From: an uncultured Alphaproteobacteria bacterium
GTDB lineage: Bacteria > Pseudomonadota > Alphaproteobacteria > UBA7879 > VGCX01
DNA: 64,000 bases
Assembly (NCBI GenBank): GCA_913061155.1
Contig: CAJXSI010000002.1
Span: 1,167 to 65,166, forward strand
Direction of reading: 5' to 3'
Shown here in pieces: positions 1-10,205 of the stretch (position 1 is its first letter; the number at the start of each line of letters is the position of its first letter). The translations under genes were made by a program, and so were the position numbers. The notes under the pieces were generated by a model. It had not been told where the DNA came from, did no database searches, and worked only from the letters and a program-made list of their open reading frames with translations.

Positions 1-2838
1 GGAACTTGCCGCGATTGTTTCAACTTCTTCGTCGTCATCTGTGTCAGCTAGCCAGCTGGCATTCAAGGGTTGTGATAATTTGGATCCATCACGATACAAA
101 GCATTGGCTTTCAGACCCAATTTCCATGATAGGAAATAGGCTTCTTTACAGTCTTCAATTGTGGCAGAACTTGGCATATTAACGGTTTTGGAAATTGCTC
201 CTGAAATAAACGGTTGGGCCGCTGCCATCATACGAATGTGGCTTTCTGCAGAAAGATAGCGCTTTCCAGTTCGTCCACAAGCATTCGCACAGTCAAAAAT
301 GGGCAGATGTTCATCTTTTAAATGCGGCGACCCTTCCAATGTCATGCTGCCACAACAGTATTCATTGGCTGTATCAATATCTTGTTTTGTGAACCCAAAT
401 TCTGTCAACATATCAAAGGAAGGACTATCCAATTGGGCTTGGGTGAAGCCAAGTTTTTCTATGCAAAAGTCTTCCCCAAGGCTCCATTTATTAAAGGCAA
501 ATTTAATGTCAAAAGCTGACTTTAAGGCCCCTTTTAATTGATCGATTTGATCTGCCTCAAATCCTTTTTCAAGTAATTTGGCAAAGTTAATCGTTGGGCA
601 TCCTTCTAAGGTTCCATGACCCACTGTATACTTTTCAATATCTTTAATTTGGTCAGCTGTGTACCCAAGATTTCTTAAGGCACGGGGCGCCATACGGTTG
701 ATAATTTTAAAGTATCCGCCACCAGCAAGCGTTTTGAATTTAACCAAAGCAAAGTCTGGTTCAATCCCTGTTGTATCACAATCCATCACCAATCCGATTG
801 TTCCCGTTGGCGCAATCACAGTTGTTTGGGCATTACGATATCCATACTTTTCACCCATACTTAAGGCGTTATCCCAGGCTTTCTTTGCATGGTCGACCAA
901 TCCTTTGACAGGGCAGTCAGTTGCATCTAAAGGCACAGGCAGAATTTCAAGATTTTCATAGTCTTCTTTTTCACCATAAGCTGCTTTGCGGTGATTCCGC
1001 ATGACACGCAGCATATCTTCAGTATTATCTTTATATCCTTTGAAAGGCCCATGTTCTTTCGCCATTTCTGCCGATGTTGTATATGAAACGCCTGTCATAA
1101 CGGCTGCGATTCCGCCGGCAACGCTGCGGCCTTCTTCGCTGTCGTAAGGAATGCCCATAGCCATTAACAAACCACCGATATTGGCATAGCCCAGACCTAA
1201 TGTGCGATAATTATAAGTCCCCAAGGCAATTTCATCAGAAGGTAATTGGGACATTGTCACAGCAATTTCCAAAGTCAAAGTCCATAGGCGCACTGCATAT
1301 TCAAAGCCCTTAATATCGAATTCGGCTTTGCCTTTTGCGGCTTCTTTATAGAATTTGATTAAGTTGATGGAGGCCAAGTTACAAGCCGTATCGTCCAAGA
1401 ACATATATTCAGAGCAAGGATTGGATGCATTAATGCGCCCATGTTGTGGGCATGTATGCCATTCATTAATGGTTGAGTCATATTGAATTCCTGGATCAGC
1501 ACACGCCCATGCGGCATAAGCCACTTTGTTCCAAAGGGCAGCGGCATCAACAGATTTAAAAGGTTTTCCATTTGTCCGACGAATCAAATCCCAACTTTCC
1601 CCTTTTAAGGCTTTGCGCAAGAAATCATTGGATACACGAACAGAGTTATTAGAGTTCTGTCCAGAAACAGTATTGTAAGCTTCGGATGTCCAGCCTGTAT
1701 CAAAGGTATCAAAATCAAATGATTTTTGTCCTTGATTGGCCAGTTGCAAAATACGTTGGATATAGTTATCAGGAACCAGGGCATTACGGGCTTTTTTAAT
1801 GGCCATTTTTAAGTCGTGATTTTGTTTCACATCTGTGACAGCATCCTCTGTCCCATCAGGAAAGCAAGCTGTCATAACGGCGTCAAGGCTTTTCTTTGTT
1901 GCTTTTGATCCACAAACCAAGGCGGCAACTTTTTGTTCTTCGGCAACCTTCCAGTTGATGTATTCTTCGATATCTGGATGGTCAATGTTAACTGTTACCA
2001 TTTTTGCGGCACGGCGGGTGGTTCCCCCTGATTTAATGGCGCCGGCTGCACGATCACCAATGCGAAGGAAACTCATCATCCCCGAAGATTTTCCACCACC
2101 AGACAAGGATTCCCCACTGCCACGTAAGGCAGAAAAGTTTGTACCCGTTCCAGAACCAAATTTGAAAAGACGGGCTTCGCGGATCCAAAGATCCATGATG
2201 CCCCCGTCGCCAACCAAGTCATCTTTAATACCTTGGATAAAACAGGCATGGGGTTGCGGACGTTCATAGGCCGTCTTTGATTTCACTACTTCTTCTGTTT
2301 CAGGATCAACGTACGAATGTCCTTGTGCAGGCCCTTCAATACCATAGGCCCAGTTTAAACCTGTGTTAAACCATTGGGGTGAATTTGGGGCCCCCATTTG
2401 TTCACACAAGATATGACGCATTTCATCAAAATAAGCTTGGGCATCTTCTTCTGTATCAAAGTAATCGTGCTTCCATCCCCAATAAGTCCAAGTCCCAGCC
2501 AGGCGGTCGAATACTTGTTTGGCGGATGTTTCAGAGCCATACTGTTGATCTTCTGCTAAGTTTTCTAAGGCTTTGTCATCTGGTTTGGATTTTTGCAACC
2601 AAGTGGGAATACCTTTTTCAGTAACTTTCTTTGAATGTGCGGGAACACCAGCCTTGCGGAAATATTTCTGGGCGATTACATCAGCGGCAACTTGGGACCA
2701 TTCTTCGGGAACTTCCAAAGATTCCAGATTAAAAACAATACTTCCATCAGGATTTTTAATCTGACTGGTTGTGGTTTTAAATTTGATTGAATCATAAGGG
2801 GATTGTCCGGCAACTGTAAAACGGCGTTGAATTTTCAT
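1..2838 (-). CDS. nrdJ: Vitamin B12-dependent (class II) ribonucleotide reductase, N-terminal 946 codons. The gene continues past the window start, so the C-terminus is missing.
   Basis: ATG (rc) at 2836-2838. The read-through translation contains class II RNR hallmarks (…[23 protein letters not shown]…, …[21 protein letters not shown]…, …[21 protein letters not shown]…). The frame runs open to position 1. It is absent from the ORF track because no stop lies in the window. Confidence 0.85.
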   Translation of the reverse strand, partial: MKIQRRFTVAGQSPYDSIKFKTTTSQIKNPDGSIVFNLESLEVPEEWSQVAADVIAQKYFRKAGVPAHSKKVTEKGIPTWLQKSKPDDKALENLAEDQQYGSETSAKQVFDRLAGTWTYWGWKHDYFDTEEDAQAYFDEMRHILCEQMGAPNSPQWFNTGLNWAYGIEGPAQGHSYVDPETEEVVKSKTAYERPQPHACFIQGIKDDLVGDGGIMDLWIREARLFKFGSGTGTNFSALRGSGESLSGGGKSSGMMSFLRIGDRAAGAIKSGGTTRRAAKMVTVNIDHPDIEEYINWKVAEEQKVAALVCGSKATKKSLDAVMTACFPDGTEDAVTDVKQNHDLKMAIKKARNALVPDNYIQRILQLANQGQKSFDFDTFDTGWTSEAYNTVSGQNSNNSVRVSNDFLRKALKGESWDLIRRTNGKPFKSVDAAALWNKVAYAAWACADPGIQYDSTINEWHTCPQHGRINASNPCSEYMFLDDTACNLASINLIKFYKEAAKGKAEFDIKGFEYAVRLWTLTLEIAVTMSQLPSDEIALGTYNYRTLGLGYANIGGLLMAMGIPYDSEEGRSVAGGIAAVMTGVSYTTSAEMAKEHGPFKGYKDNTEDMLRVMRNHRKAAYGEKEDYENLEILPVPLDATDCPVKGLVDHAKKAWDNALSMGEKYGYRNAQTTVIAPTGTIGLVMDCDTTGIEPDFALVKFKTLAGGGYFKIINRMAPRALRNLGYTADQIKDIEKYTVGHGTLEGCPTINFAKLLEKGFEADQIDQLKGALKSAFDIKFAFNKWSLGEDFCIEKLGFTQAQLDSPSFDMLTEFGFTKQDIDTANEYCCGSMTLEGSPHLKDEHLPIFDCANACGRTGKRYLSAESHIRMMAAAQPFISGAISKTVNMPSSATIEDCKEAYFLSWKLGLKANALYRDGSKLSQPLNASWLADTDDDEEVETIAASS

Positions 2839-3067
2839 GGTCCTGTGTTCCTCTCAAAGGCAAAAGTATATAAAAAGTTAAATTTTTTTCTTAATTTTTT
2901 CTAATGTAGGTAAAACCTATAAAAACCGCCCATTTAACCATATATTGGGTTATCCGGGGGTGATGGCTTCTACATCTAGTATTATGATTATATAGTTACG
3001 ATAGCTATTTCAAGTAAAATTTCTGCAAAATAGGAACTTTTTTTTCTTGAATTTTTTTTGAAATTAT

Positions 3068-3433
3068 GTGTCAACTGTATTCATGAGGTCTAGGACACAA
3101 TTAATAATTTCAGAAGTAAAAACATTTTGTAAACTTGCACAATTTATAGGCAAGGATGTATTCGAAAATAAATATTATGAATCATCAAATAAATTTTTTA
3201 GTAAAAGTAAAGCGAATAGTCGACGATGGGTTGTCTATAAAGGATATGCTGAAGGGTCAAAGGTAAGCCCCAATTGGCATGCGTGGCTGCACCATGCCGT
3301 TGAAAAGAAACCGGCAAGCCCCAGTAAAAAGACCACATCGTTTGTGCCAAATTTAACAGGCACCCCTTATAAGGACAAACCCAAATTTCAAGAAAAAAGG
3401 CATAAAGACGGATACCAGTCTTGGCGACCTTAG
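3068..3433 (+). CDS. NADH:ubiquinone oxidoreductase 17.2-kDa subunit (NDUFA12) family protein. The start is ambiguous: GTG at 3068 or ATG at 3083.
   Basis: Motifs …FENKYYESSN…RRWVVYKGYAEGSKVSPNWHAWLHH… are typical of bacterial NDUFA12-like proteins. It sits divergent from nrdJ across an AT-rich promoter region. Confidence 0.6.
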   Translation: MSTVFMRSRTQLIISEVKTFCKLAQFIGKDVFENKYYESSNKFFSKSKANSRRWVVYKGYAEGSKVSPNWHAWLHHAVEKKPASPSKKTTSFVPNLTGTPYKDKPKFQEKRHKDGYQSWRP

Positions 3434-3622
3434 GACACTTGTGTATAGTAAATATTAATGGACTGTTGCAAGGCGTCCTTTTTGGATGATTTTTAGTGTC
3501 AAAGTTTGGGGGCGGTACTTATGTACATCAAGTACAGCATGCTTGCCCAATTTTGTCTTTCCTAGAACGCATTTCAAAAATATCATCCTGCAGCAAGCCC
3601 TTAAATATTAAGGAGAAAATTT

Positions 3623-4081
3623 ATGCGCGGAAATCTTGTTGAAACAATCGCCGGGGGTATCGTTTTAATAATTGCCTGCCTTGTTCTGGTATTTGCTTAT
3701 AAAGAAAACAGTGGACAGGACGTTTCAGGTTATAATGTAACGGCAAAATTTGACCGTGTTGACGGGTTGGCTGAAGGCAGCGATATTAAACTTAGCGGAA
3801 TTAAAATTGGAAAGGTCACGTCTTTAAAAATTGATCCAAAAATTTATATGGCTATCGCAACGTTGACAATTTCAGATAATATTAAATTACCCATTGATTC
3901 AAGTGCCGCGATTATAAGTGAAAGTTTGTTGGGCGGAAAATATCTTTCCATCACACCAGGGGGGGAAGAAGATATGCTGAAAGAAGGGGATGAAATCTAT
4001 AATGTTCAATCATCTTTGATTCTTGAATCCTTAATAAGTCAATTGATTTTCAAAGACAAAGATAAAGAAGAAAAAGCATAA
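3623..4081 (+). CDS. mlaD: Outer-membrane lipid asymmetry maintenance protein MlaD (MCE-domain)
   Basis: Strong SD (AAGGAG) 8 nt upstream. N-terminal TM anchor followed by an MCE-like domain (…VTAKFDRVDGLAEGSDIKLSGIKIGKV…). Confidence 0.7.
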   Translation: MRGNLVETIAGGIVLIIACLVLVFAYKENSGQDVSGYNVTAKFDRVDGLAEGSDIKLSGIKIGKVTSLKIDPKIYMAIATLTISDNIKLPIDSSAAIISESLLGGKYLSITPGGEEDMLKEGDEIYNVQSSLILESLISQLIFKDKDKEEKA

Positions 4082-4082
4082 G

Positions 4083-4535
4083 ATGACAGGACCCTGTCTG
4101 AAAATTTTGATTTTATGCTTTATCACAGGACAAGCAATGGCCTTGCCAGCAAAGTACGTGACATTGCGGGGGCTTGATAAAGTTACGGCGCGTGTTTTTG
4201 ATTTGGACGCTGAAGTTGGGAAAACATTTCGATTTGGTAATTTGGAAATTGAAATCCATGCGTGTGATAAAACCCCTGAAGTAGAAATTCCTGAATGCAA
4301 AGCCTATCTGGAAATATGGGAAAACAAGGCAAACGAAACCCCAAAACGATATTTCAGTAGTTGGATGTTTTCATCCAGCCCTTCCATTTCAGCCATGGAT
4401 CACCCGGTCTATGATATCTGGATCAGTGGGTGTAAATTCAGTAAAGACAAGAAAAACCTGAAAACCGATTCAGACAATGTGGATGAAATTGATCATATCA
4501 GTAAAGAATCCACACTTTTGACAACAGATGAATAA
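4083..4535 (+). CDS. Secreted protein, DUF2155-like. This is the usual partner of NDUFA12/mlaD in alphaproteobacteria.
   Basis: Signal peptide. It starts 2 nt after the mlaD stop. The family assignment is from memory of the conserved neighbourhood, not from a search. Confidence 0.4.
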   Translation: MTGPCLKILILCFITGQAMALPAKYVTLRGLDKVTARVFDLDAEVGKTFRFGNLEIEIHACDKTPEVEIPECKAYLEIWENKANETPKRYFSSWMFSSSPSISAMDHPVYDIWISGCKFSKDKKNLKTDSDNVDEIDHISKESTLLTTDE

Positions 4536-5031
4536 GTTTGAAATGAATGATTTTGAAATAAAATATCTTGCAGATGTTCCTCAGCATATACAAGCTTGTG
4601 CAGCTTGGTCCTTTGGCCGGTGGGGTGTACAAAGAAAAGGGGCAAATCTTGAAAACAACCTTAGAATTTTTAAATCCAGTGCCCAGAAAAATCAAATTCC
4701 TTTAACATTGGTTGCCATTAATAAAAAAACAAAGTTGCCCATCGGTATGGGAAGTTTATGGGACCAAGATGGGGACGAGTGGCCTGATAAAACCCCCTGG
4801 ATTGCTTCTATATATACATTGTACAGGTATCGTGGGTTAGGGGTGGCGACTGCCCTTGTCCAAAATTTAGAACGGCAAGCTAAGAAACTTGGCTTTTTAG
4901 AAGTTTATCTTCAATCAGGTTCAGCAGCAGGTTTTTATGCCAATAAGGGGTATGAAAGTCTTGAGGTGATAAAAACATCCTGTACTACTTCAGGAACAGC
5001 TACCTTGTTTGTTAAAAATTTAAGCAAATAA
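4528..5031 (+). CDS. GNAT-family N-acetyltransferase
   Basis: Acetyl-CoA-binding core …YRYRGLGVATALVQNLERQAKKLG…. Overlaps the upstream gene by 8 nt. Confidence 0.6.
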   Translation: MNKFEMNDFEIKYLADVPQHIQACAAWSFGRWGVQRKGANLENNLRIFKSSAQKNQIPLTLVAINKKTKLPIGMGSLWDQDGDEWPDKTPWIASIYTLYRYRGLGVATALVQNLERQAKKLGFLEVYLQSGSAAGFYANKGYESLEVIKTSCTTSGTATLFVKNLSK

Positions 5032-5224
5032 ATGATCTTGTTGATTTGATGTTTTTGAGGGCTTTGATAGGGTCTTTCTTCTTGCAAGCTTTTAAGAATT
5101 ATTCCTTGGTTTTCTTGCAATTATATTACCATTAAATCTTTCCCAAATCCACTGTTATCAACACTTTTACCCTTTGTTCAGAGCCGATGAACCCGCATCC
5201 CCAGCCCAATCTTTTGAAAACTAA

Positions 5225-5746
5225 TTAAGTATAAGCGGGGGGTGCGACAAATTCTTGTTCGCCAATTAAAACGCCCTCTTGACTGAACCTTCTTACTATG
5301 ACCATTCCTCCGCCGATAAACGCGGTATTAAGACGTAGGGTATCAATATCCGACGTTGTTTTAATCACGCACATATTTTCGCAAGAAATTATTCCGTGGA
5401 ACCCCCATGTTTTGGCGTCTATGGACAGATAGTCCCCTTCAATACGCCCTTTACCGTCAAGGATACCACAGGAAATATTCAAAAGATTCTTACCAGGCTG
5501 TTTCAATAGCCCTAAAATAGATAAAGCTTCTTCAGGATTTTCTGTGTGGACTTGATTTCGATGCGGACCTATGGGGGTATCGTCGTGATAGACCACGCCG
5601 CCACATACATTTAACAAAATGGGGGCCGCCCCATTTTCTGGATTAATTTCATCTTCAGCTGCCAAGCATTGACCGTTGAATGTCAAAATAGTTATAATAA
5701 TAAATAGAAATTGTTTCATCTTCATCCTTTTAAACTTAATTCTCAT
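5225..5746 (-). CDS. Secreted hypothetical protein, possibly a degenerate Cu/Zn-superoxide-dismutase-like fold
   Basis: Signal peptide (…FLFIIITILTFNGQCLAAED). Weak resemblance to SodC segments (…GPHRNQVHTENPEE…, …AFIGGGMVIV…), but metal ligands are not conserved in order. Confidence 0.45.
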   Translation of the reverse strand: MRIKFKRMKMKQFLFIIITILTFNGQCLAAEDEINPENGAAPILLNVCGGVVYHDDTPIGPHRNQVHTENPEEALSILGLLKQPGKNLLNISCGILDGKGRIEGDYLSIDAKTWGFHGIISCENMCVIKTTSDIDTLRLNTAFIGGGMVIVRRFSQEGVLIGEQEFVAPPAYT

Positions 5747-5899
5747 GTAGTGTTCGATATCAAATTCATCAAGAAGATAAAAGTATTTATTTTAAATATT
5801 TCCCAATAATTGCAATTAATTTTTGATTATTCGAAGGTTTAAAGTGGAACACAAGCTTAGGAAAGGCCAAAATTAGGTATCAGGAGGTATTTGTATAAG

Positions 5900-5988
5900 T
5901 GGAAGAGAGAGAGGGATTCGAACCCTCGATACGCATAACGTATACACACTTTCCAGGCGTGCGCCTTAAACCACTCGGCCACCTCTCC
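5900..5988 (-). tRNA. tRNA-Ser, anticodon GGA, with long variable arm and encoded CCA
   Basis: The reverse complement gives GGAGAGG-TG-GCC-GAGTGGTTTAA-GGC-G-CACGC-CTGGAAA-GTGTG-[17-nt variable arm]-GAGGG-TTCGAAT-CCCTC-TCTCTCT-T-CCA. The acceptor stem has G1·U72 and G7·U66 wobble pairs, and position 73 is U. Confidence 0.85.
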
Positions 5989-6109
5989 AATTATGATCTT
6001 ATTACTACAATAAATATAGAGATTCCTCAAGATAAAAAAAGGGTCATCTTTAAATTTCTGGACATTTTTCAAAGCCTTGCTATATAAATAAATTTATAAA
6101 GAGGTAAGA

Positions 6110-6469
6110 ATGATGAGACTATTTCTATTAATTATAAGTTTAACATTTGCAAATTTTGCAGATGCCGCAGCAGGTATAGAAGAAGACTTGAAAGAATTAA
6201 AAGTTACTGTTGTGACACCTTCCCCTTTGGTTGGAAATGCTGCCCTTTTAGTTTCTGGGGATGATAATAAAACTTACGAATGGCTTTGTACTGTTGTTCC
6301 TTCATCAAATAAAGAGGAAAAATCATATAAGATGTCTATTTCTTTTTTGATTAATGCATCAGATAAAAAACATGTGCGCGGAATCAGATTTATAAGACCA
6401 GGCGAAGTTCCTGTTTCTTTGGGTATTCCTGTCGATACTTGGTTTCGTTTATTTGATCTTAGATCTTAA
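6110..6469 (+). CDS. Small secreted hypothetical protein
   Basis: SD AAGAGG upstream. Signal peptide MMRLFLLIISLTFANFADAAAG. No recognisable domain. Confidence 0.5.
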   Translation: MMRLFLLIISLTFANFADAAAGIEEDLKELKVTVVTPSPLVGNAALLVSGDDNKTYEWLCTVVPSSNKEEKSYKMSISFLINASDKKHVRGIRFIRPGEVPVSLGIPVDTWFRLFDLRS

Positions 6470-6515
6470 AAAACCCATTTCCAATTTGAATGACTTTCCG
6501 GTATAACTTTTAACT

Positions 6516-7289
6516 ATGGTGGATAAAACACGTATTAAAAATCAGTTACTAAGTATGGGGGTGGATCAACTTATGTCCGAAACCCCAACGGATCGTGTTG
6601 CGCAAAAAACAGAAGAACCCAAACCAGAAACGCCCCAACCAAAACAAACGATATCCCGGCCTGCGGTTGCGGCAAAAGGGGTGTCAACCCAGATCCAAGA
6701 AACAGAGGCATTGGCTGCCTCTGCACAAACCCTTGATGATTTAAAACGGGCCATTCAAAACTACGAAGGTTTGGCTGTTAAAAAAACCGCATTGAACATG
6801 GTTTTTTGTGACGGGAATTCCAAGGCCAAAATCATGTTGGTTGGCGAGGCCCCTGGCGCGGAAGAGGATAAACAAGGCAAACCCTTTGTCGGCCAAAGTG
6901 GCCAGATGTTGCGTAAAATATTCAAGTTTGCTGGCTTTGATCTTGATAATATTTACATCAGTAATGTCTTGAATTGGCGCCCACCAGGAAATCGCACGCC
7001 AACGCCGCAAGAAATTGCCATCGCCCGTCCTTTTATTCAACGCCACATAGAATTGGTTAACCCCGATATGGTTATTATGGTGGGGGGAACATCCTGTAAG
7101 GCATTGATTAATGCTAAAGATGGGATCACAAAATTGCGCGGTAATTGGTACGATTTGGATTTTTTGAAAGAGGGATCAACTGTTAAAGCAACCGCCATTT
7201 ATCATCCAGCCTATTTAATGCGCAGCCCGTCACGGAAAAAAGATGTGTGGCAAGATGTCTTGAAAATCAAAAATTACGTGGGGTCATGA
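6516..7289 (+). CDS. Family-4 uracil-DNA glycosylase (SPO1 polymerase-related type) with an N-terminal low-complexity extension
   Basis: Family-4 UDG motif …CDGNSKAKIMLVGEAPGAEEDKQGKPFVGQSGQ… and the downstream …VIMVGG…HPAYLMRSP…. Confidence 0.7.
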   Translation: MVDKTRIKNQLLSMGVDQLMSETPTDRVAQKTEEPKPETPQPKQTISRPAVAAKGVSTQIQETEALAASAQTLDDLKRAIQNYEGLAVKKTALNMVFCDGNSKAKIMLVGEAPGAEEDKQGKPFVGQSGQMLRKIFKFAGFDLDNIYISNVLNWRPPGNRTPTPQEIAIARPFIQRHIELVNPDMVIMVGGTSCKALINAKDGITKLRGNWYDLDFLKEGSTVKATAIYHPAYLMRSPSRKKDVWQDVLKIKNYVGS

Positions 7290-7329
7290 CACCTAAAAGC
7301 GGCGGCCTATAACTAAACAATCATCCTCC

Positions 7330-7995
7330 TGCTGATTCCCAAAACCTGTCAACGAATTTGTGCGCTTATACAGTCCCGGACTTGATGCGGGGCTCAGCCC
7401 CATTCTTTACCAGGTTTCCCGTTAAAATTTCCCAAAATCTGGACATATTGACACAGATATGGTTAACCTCAGCCAATGGGTTTTTTCGCTTTGCTTCATA
7501 ATTGCATTAAAGTGCCTAAAAAATAGGCAGGGAAAACCGCGAAAAATAATTTTTTTATTAAAAAAGTACCTACGCGCGCATGGCTTGGGCAAAATAGGCC
7601 CAACCAATTAATGCGGGCTACAGGCCCATAATAAATATAACTAACTGAAATAGCTGACTTATTTACCCATGCGTAAAACGCATACCATTTCCCGTTAATT
7701 TTACCCAGCCCCCCTTCATTGTCATTCCGGACTTGATCCGGAATCCACAGCGGTGTTTATTACAGACAATTTGATTGCCGTAGACTTCTAGCACCAGGGC
7801 GACGAGGTAAAATAGTCCGCTCATAACCTTAATGACAAACGATCCTACCCTGGTAATCTTATACGTATCGTCATCCCGGACTTGATCCGGGATCCAGTCA
7901 TAAACTAAACGGCAGGCGGGTTGTATCCAGTGACTACCGCCCTGGACTCCTGGCCAATCCTGGAATGGTAAGCAAGCGGCATCCCAATGCTTGAT
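7330..7995. repeat. Cluster of REP/MITE-like hairpin repeats. Includes a composite ~165-bp element (7790-7955) present as an inverted copy of elements in 12440-12720.
   Basis: Hairpins attccgga-CTTGA-tccggaat (7724-7744) and atcccgga-CTTGA-tccgggat (7873-7893), plus a degenerate copy at ~7374-7400. The block …gacaaacgatcctaccctggtaatcttatacgtatcgtcatcccgga… is the reverse complement of 12440-12530 and 12604-12700. Confidence 0.7.
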
Positions 7996-8129
7996 CAGGG
8001 GATAAAGTATTAATTTCCGGTATTTTAAAATTCTACCTTGTTAAATCCCAGCATTTTTTCTATACTGCTGACTATAATTAAGAAATCTATCTGGTTTCTT
8101 CATAAGTTTTATTTCAAGGTTATTTAAGA

Positions 8130-9440
8130 ATGCACGCAAATTTACCCCTAACACAAATTACTGTGATTGTTTTATGCGCACTGGTATGTGGATTATTATT
8201 CACACGGTTTAAACAGCCCGCTGTTTTGGGGTATGTCTTGGCGGGGGTTGTTCTGGGCCCGAACGTTTTATCGAATGGCGAGGATGTTTCGATGATTCGC
8301 GCCTTGGCAGAACTGGGCGTATTCATGTTGATGTTTTTAATCGGGGTGGAATTAAACTTAAGATCGTTTAAGGAAGTATGGCTACAGACCATTGGGGTGG
8401 TTACCTTGCAATTTGCAGGCAGTTTGGGGGCGATGTTCTTGGCATCTTTGGTGTTTAAATGGCCCTTTGCGTTGACGTTTTTGTTTTCTTGTATTGTGGC
8501 GCTAAGCAGTACGGCTGTCTCTATCAAAATGTTGGAATCAACGGGTGAGTTGCGCACAAATGTTGGACGCCTGACGGTTGGTATTTTAATTGCGCAAGAC
8601 CTTGCCTTCGTTCCGATGATTATCACCATTCAGTTTTTGGGTGGGGGGGATGTTTCCATTGCCATGCTGATATGGAAAGTCGCCTTAGCCGTTGGTATTA
8701 TCGCAACGTTGACTTGGTACCTTAGCCGGAATGAACGGATTTCATTGCCAGTGATTCATAAGACATCGCAAACAACAGAACTTGTTCCGTTATTGGCCCT
8801 GACATTTTGTTTTGGGTTGGCGGCGATTGCGGGTTTTTTGGGGTTGTCCGCGGCTTACGGTGCCTTTTTGGCTGGATTAGTTCTGGGGAACACAGCCGAT
8901 CGCCATTCAGTTATTAATGTGACACGTCCGATTCAAAGCACTCTGTTAATGGTTTTCTTCTTATCTGTTGGATTATTGGTTGATCTGAATTACATCTGGG
9001 ATAATATCCTTAAGGTAGCTTGGTTGTTGCTTACTATTGCCTTGGGGAAAACCATTTTAAACGCCACAATTTTGCATTTTTTCAAACAGCCGTGGTCCAT
9101 GTCTTTTTTATGTAGTTTGATGTTGGCCCAGATTGGAGAGTTTTCATTTGTTTTGGCAGACACAGCCGTAGAAGCAGGGGTGCTAAGCGTAGATGAAAAT
9201 AAACTGGTAATTTCCTTAACTGTTTTATCTTTGGTCTTCAGCCCATTTTGGGCAAAGGCAGCCAGTAAATTACAAGGCATGGATACCCTGAACTTAAGGA
9301 CGTTCCGGGATGGCATTAACACAATTTATGGGGCAGGGTTGCCAACGGCCCAATATGTATCAAAGTACGTTGTCCGCATCACAAAATATGGGAATAAAAT
9401 TGCCAAAACAATTAAACGTAAATTCCGAAAAAAGTCCTAA
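8130..9440 (+). CDS. Monovalent cation:proton antiporter-2 (CPA2/Kef-type Na+/H+ exchanger) family membrane protein
   Basis: About 12 TM segments. N-terminal …VLGYVLAGVVLGPNVL… and …ILIAQDLAFVPMI… are typical of the Na_H_Exchanger family. No C-terminal TrkA-N domain. Confidence 0.7.
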   Translation: MHANLPLTQITVIVLCALVCGLLFTRFKQPAVLGYVLAGVVLGPNVLSNGEDVSMIRALAELGVFMLMFLIGVELNLRSFKEVWLQTIGVVTLQFAGSLGAMFLASLVFKWPFALTFLFSCIVALSSTAVSIKMLESTGELRTNVGRLTVGILIAQDLAFVPMIITIQFLGGGDVSIAMLIWKVALAVGIIATLTWYLSRNERISLPVIHKTSQTTELVPLLALTFCFGLAAIAGFLGLSAAYGAFLAGLVLGNTADRHSVINVTRPIQSTLLMVFFLSVGLLVDLNYIWDNILKVAWLLLTIALGKTILNATILHFFKQPWSMSFLCSLMLAQIGEFSFVLADTAVEAGVLSVDENKLVISLTVLSLVFSPFWAKAASKLQGMDTLNLRTFRDGINTIYGAGLPTAQYVSKYVVRITKYGNKIAKTIKRKFRKKS

Positions 9441-10071
9441 GGCCTATGCCCCCAGCTTTGAATTTGAATCAAAATTTAATGGCATTGTGGCAGGTGTTGA
9501 CGAAGTAGGCATCGGGTCATGGGTTGGTCCCGTGATGGCGGCGGCAGTCATTCTTAAACCAGGGGTTTCCAAAGATATTTTGCAAAATCTGCAAGACTCC
9601 AAAAAATTATCCACCCCAAAACGGAATTTTATTTATCATCAGTTGTTAAAGTGTCCCCACGTTATTTATGGTATTGGGCAGGCAAGCGTTGATGAGATAG
9701 AGGCCTTGAATATTCGCCAGGCCACCTTTTTGGCCATGTCCCGCGCGGTCGATGCGTTGGGTGTAAAACCAGACGCCGCCATTGTGGATGGAAAGGCGCG
9801 CCCAATTTTGCCGTGCCCGATTCAAATGGTTATTAAGGGGGATCAACGAAGTTTTTCCATCGCGGCCGCGTCCATCATTGCCAAAGTAACACGGGATCAA
9901 TTTATCAAGGACTTGGCTGAAAAATTCCCAGAATATGGTTGGGATAAAAATGCAGGCTATGGAACACAAAAACATCGCGACGCCCTTAATAATCAAGGTG
10001 TAACTGACTTCCATCGCAAGGGATATGCGCCGATTGCAAGGCTTCTATGCCCAGAAAGACTTGAAAATTAA
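9388..10071 (+). CDS. rnhB: Ribonuclease HII. The start is uncertain. The ORF is open from 9310, and the ATG at 9388 overlaps the antiporter 3' end.
   Basis: …GIVAGVDEVGIGSWVGPVMAAAVIL… and …SIAAASIIAK… catalytic motifs. Confidence 0.75.
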   Translation: MGIKLPKQLNVNSEKSPKAYAPSFEFESKFNGIVAGVDEVGIGSWVGPVMAAAVILKPGVSKDILQNLQDSKKLSTPKRNFIYHQLLKCPHVIYGIGQASVDEIEALNIRQATFLAMSRAVDALGVKPDAAIVDGKARPILPCPIQMVIKGDQRSFSIAAASIIAKVTRDQFIKDLAEKFPEYGWDKNAGYGTQKHRDALNNQGVTDFHRKGYAPIARLLCPERLEN

Positions 10072-10205
10072 GGGTTTTCTTGTTTTTTCGCCTTGAATTA
10101 TTGTTGGCATCCTCTTACATTATCCGTTGAATAATCATTTTATCATGTAAAAGTAATTTTACTATTGGGCAATCAAAAACGTCGAAACGAAAGGAAACTT
10201 AAGAA

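Noticed and set aside
5857-6087. ORFs 5857-6072(-) and 5899-6087(+) overlapping the tRNA locus
   Set aside because: They overlap the tRNA-Ser gene and its flanks. No SD is present, and the real neighbouring gene starts at 6110 with a good SD.
5900-7289. tRNA-Ser as the attachment site of an integrated element, with downstream secreted-protein and UDG genes as cargo
   Set aside because: No integrase, excisionase or direct repeat of the tRNA 3' end was found nearby. Flanking genes have native composition.
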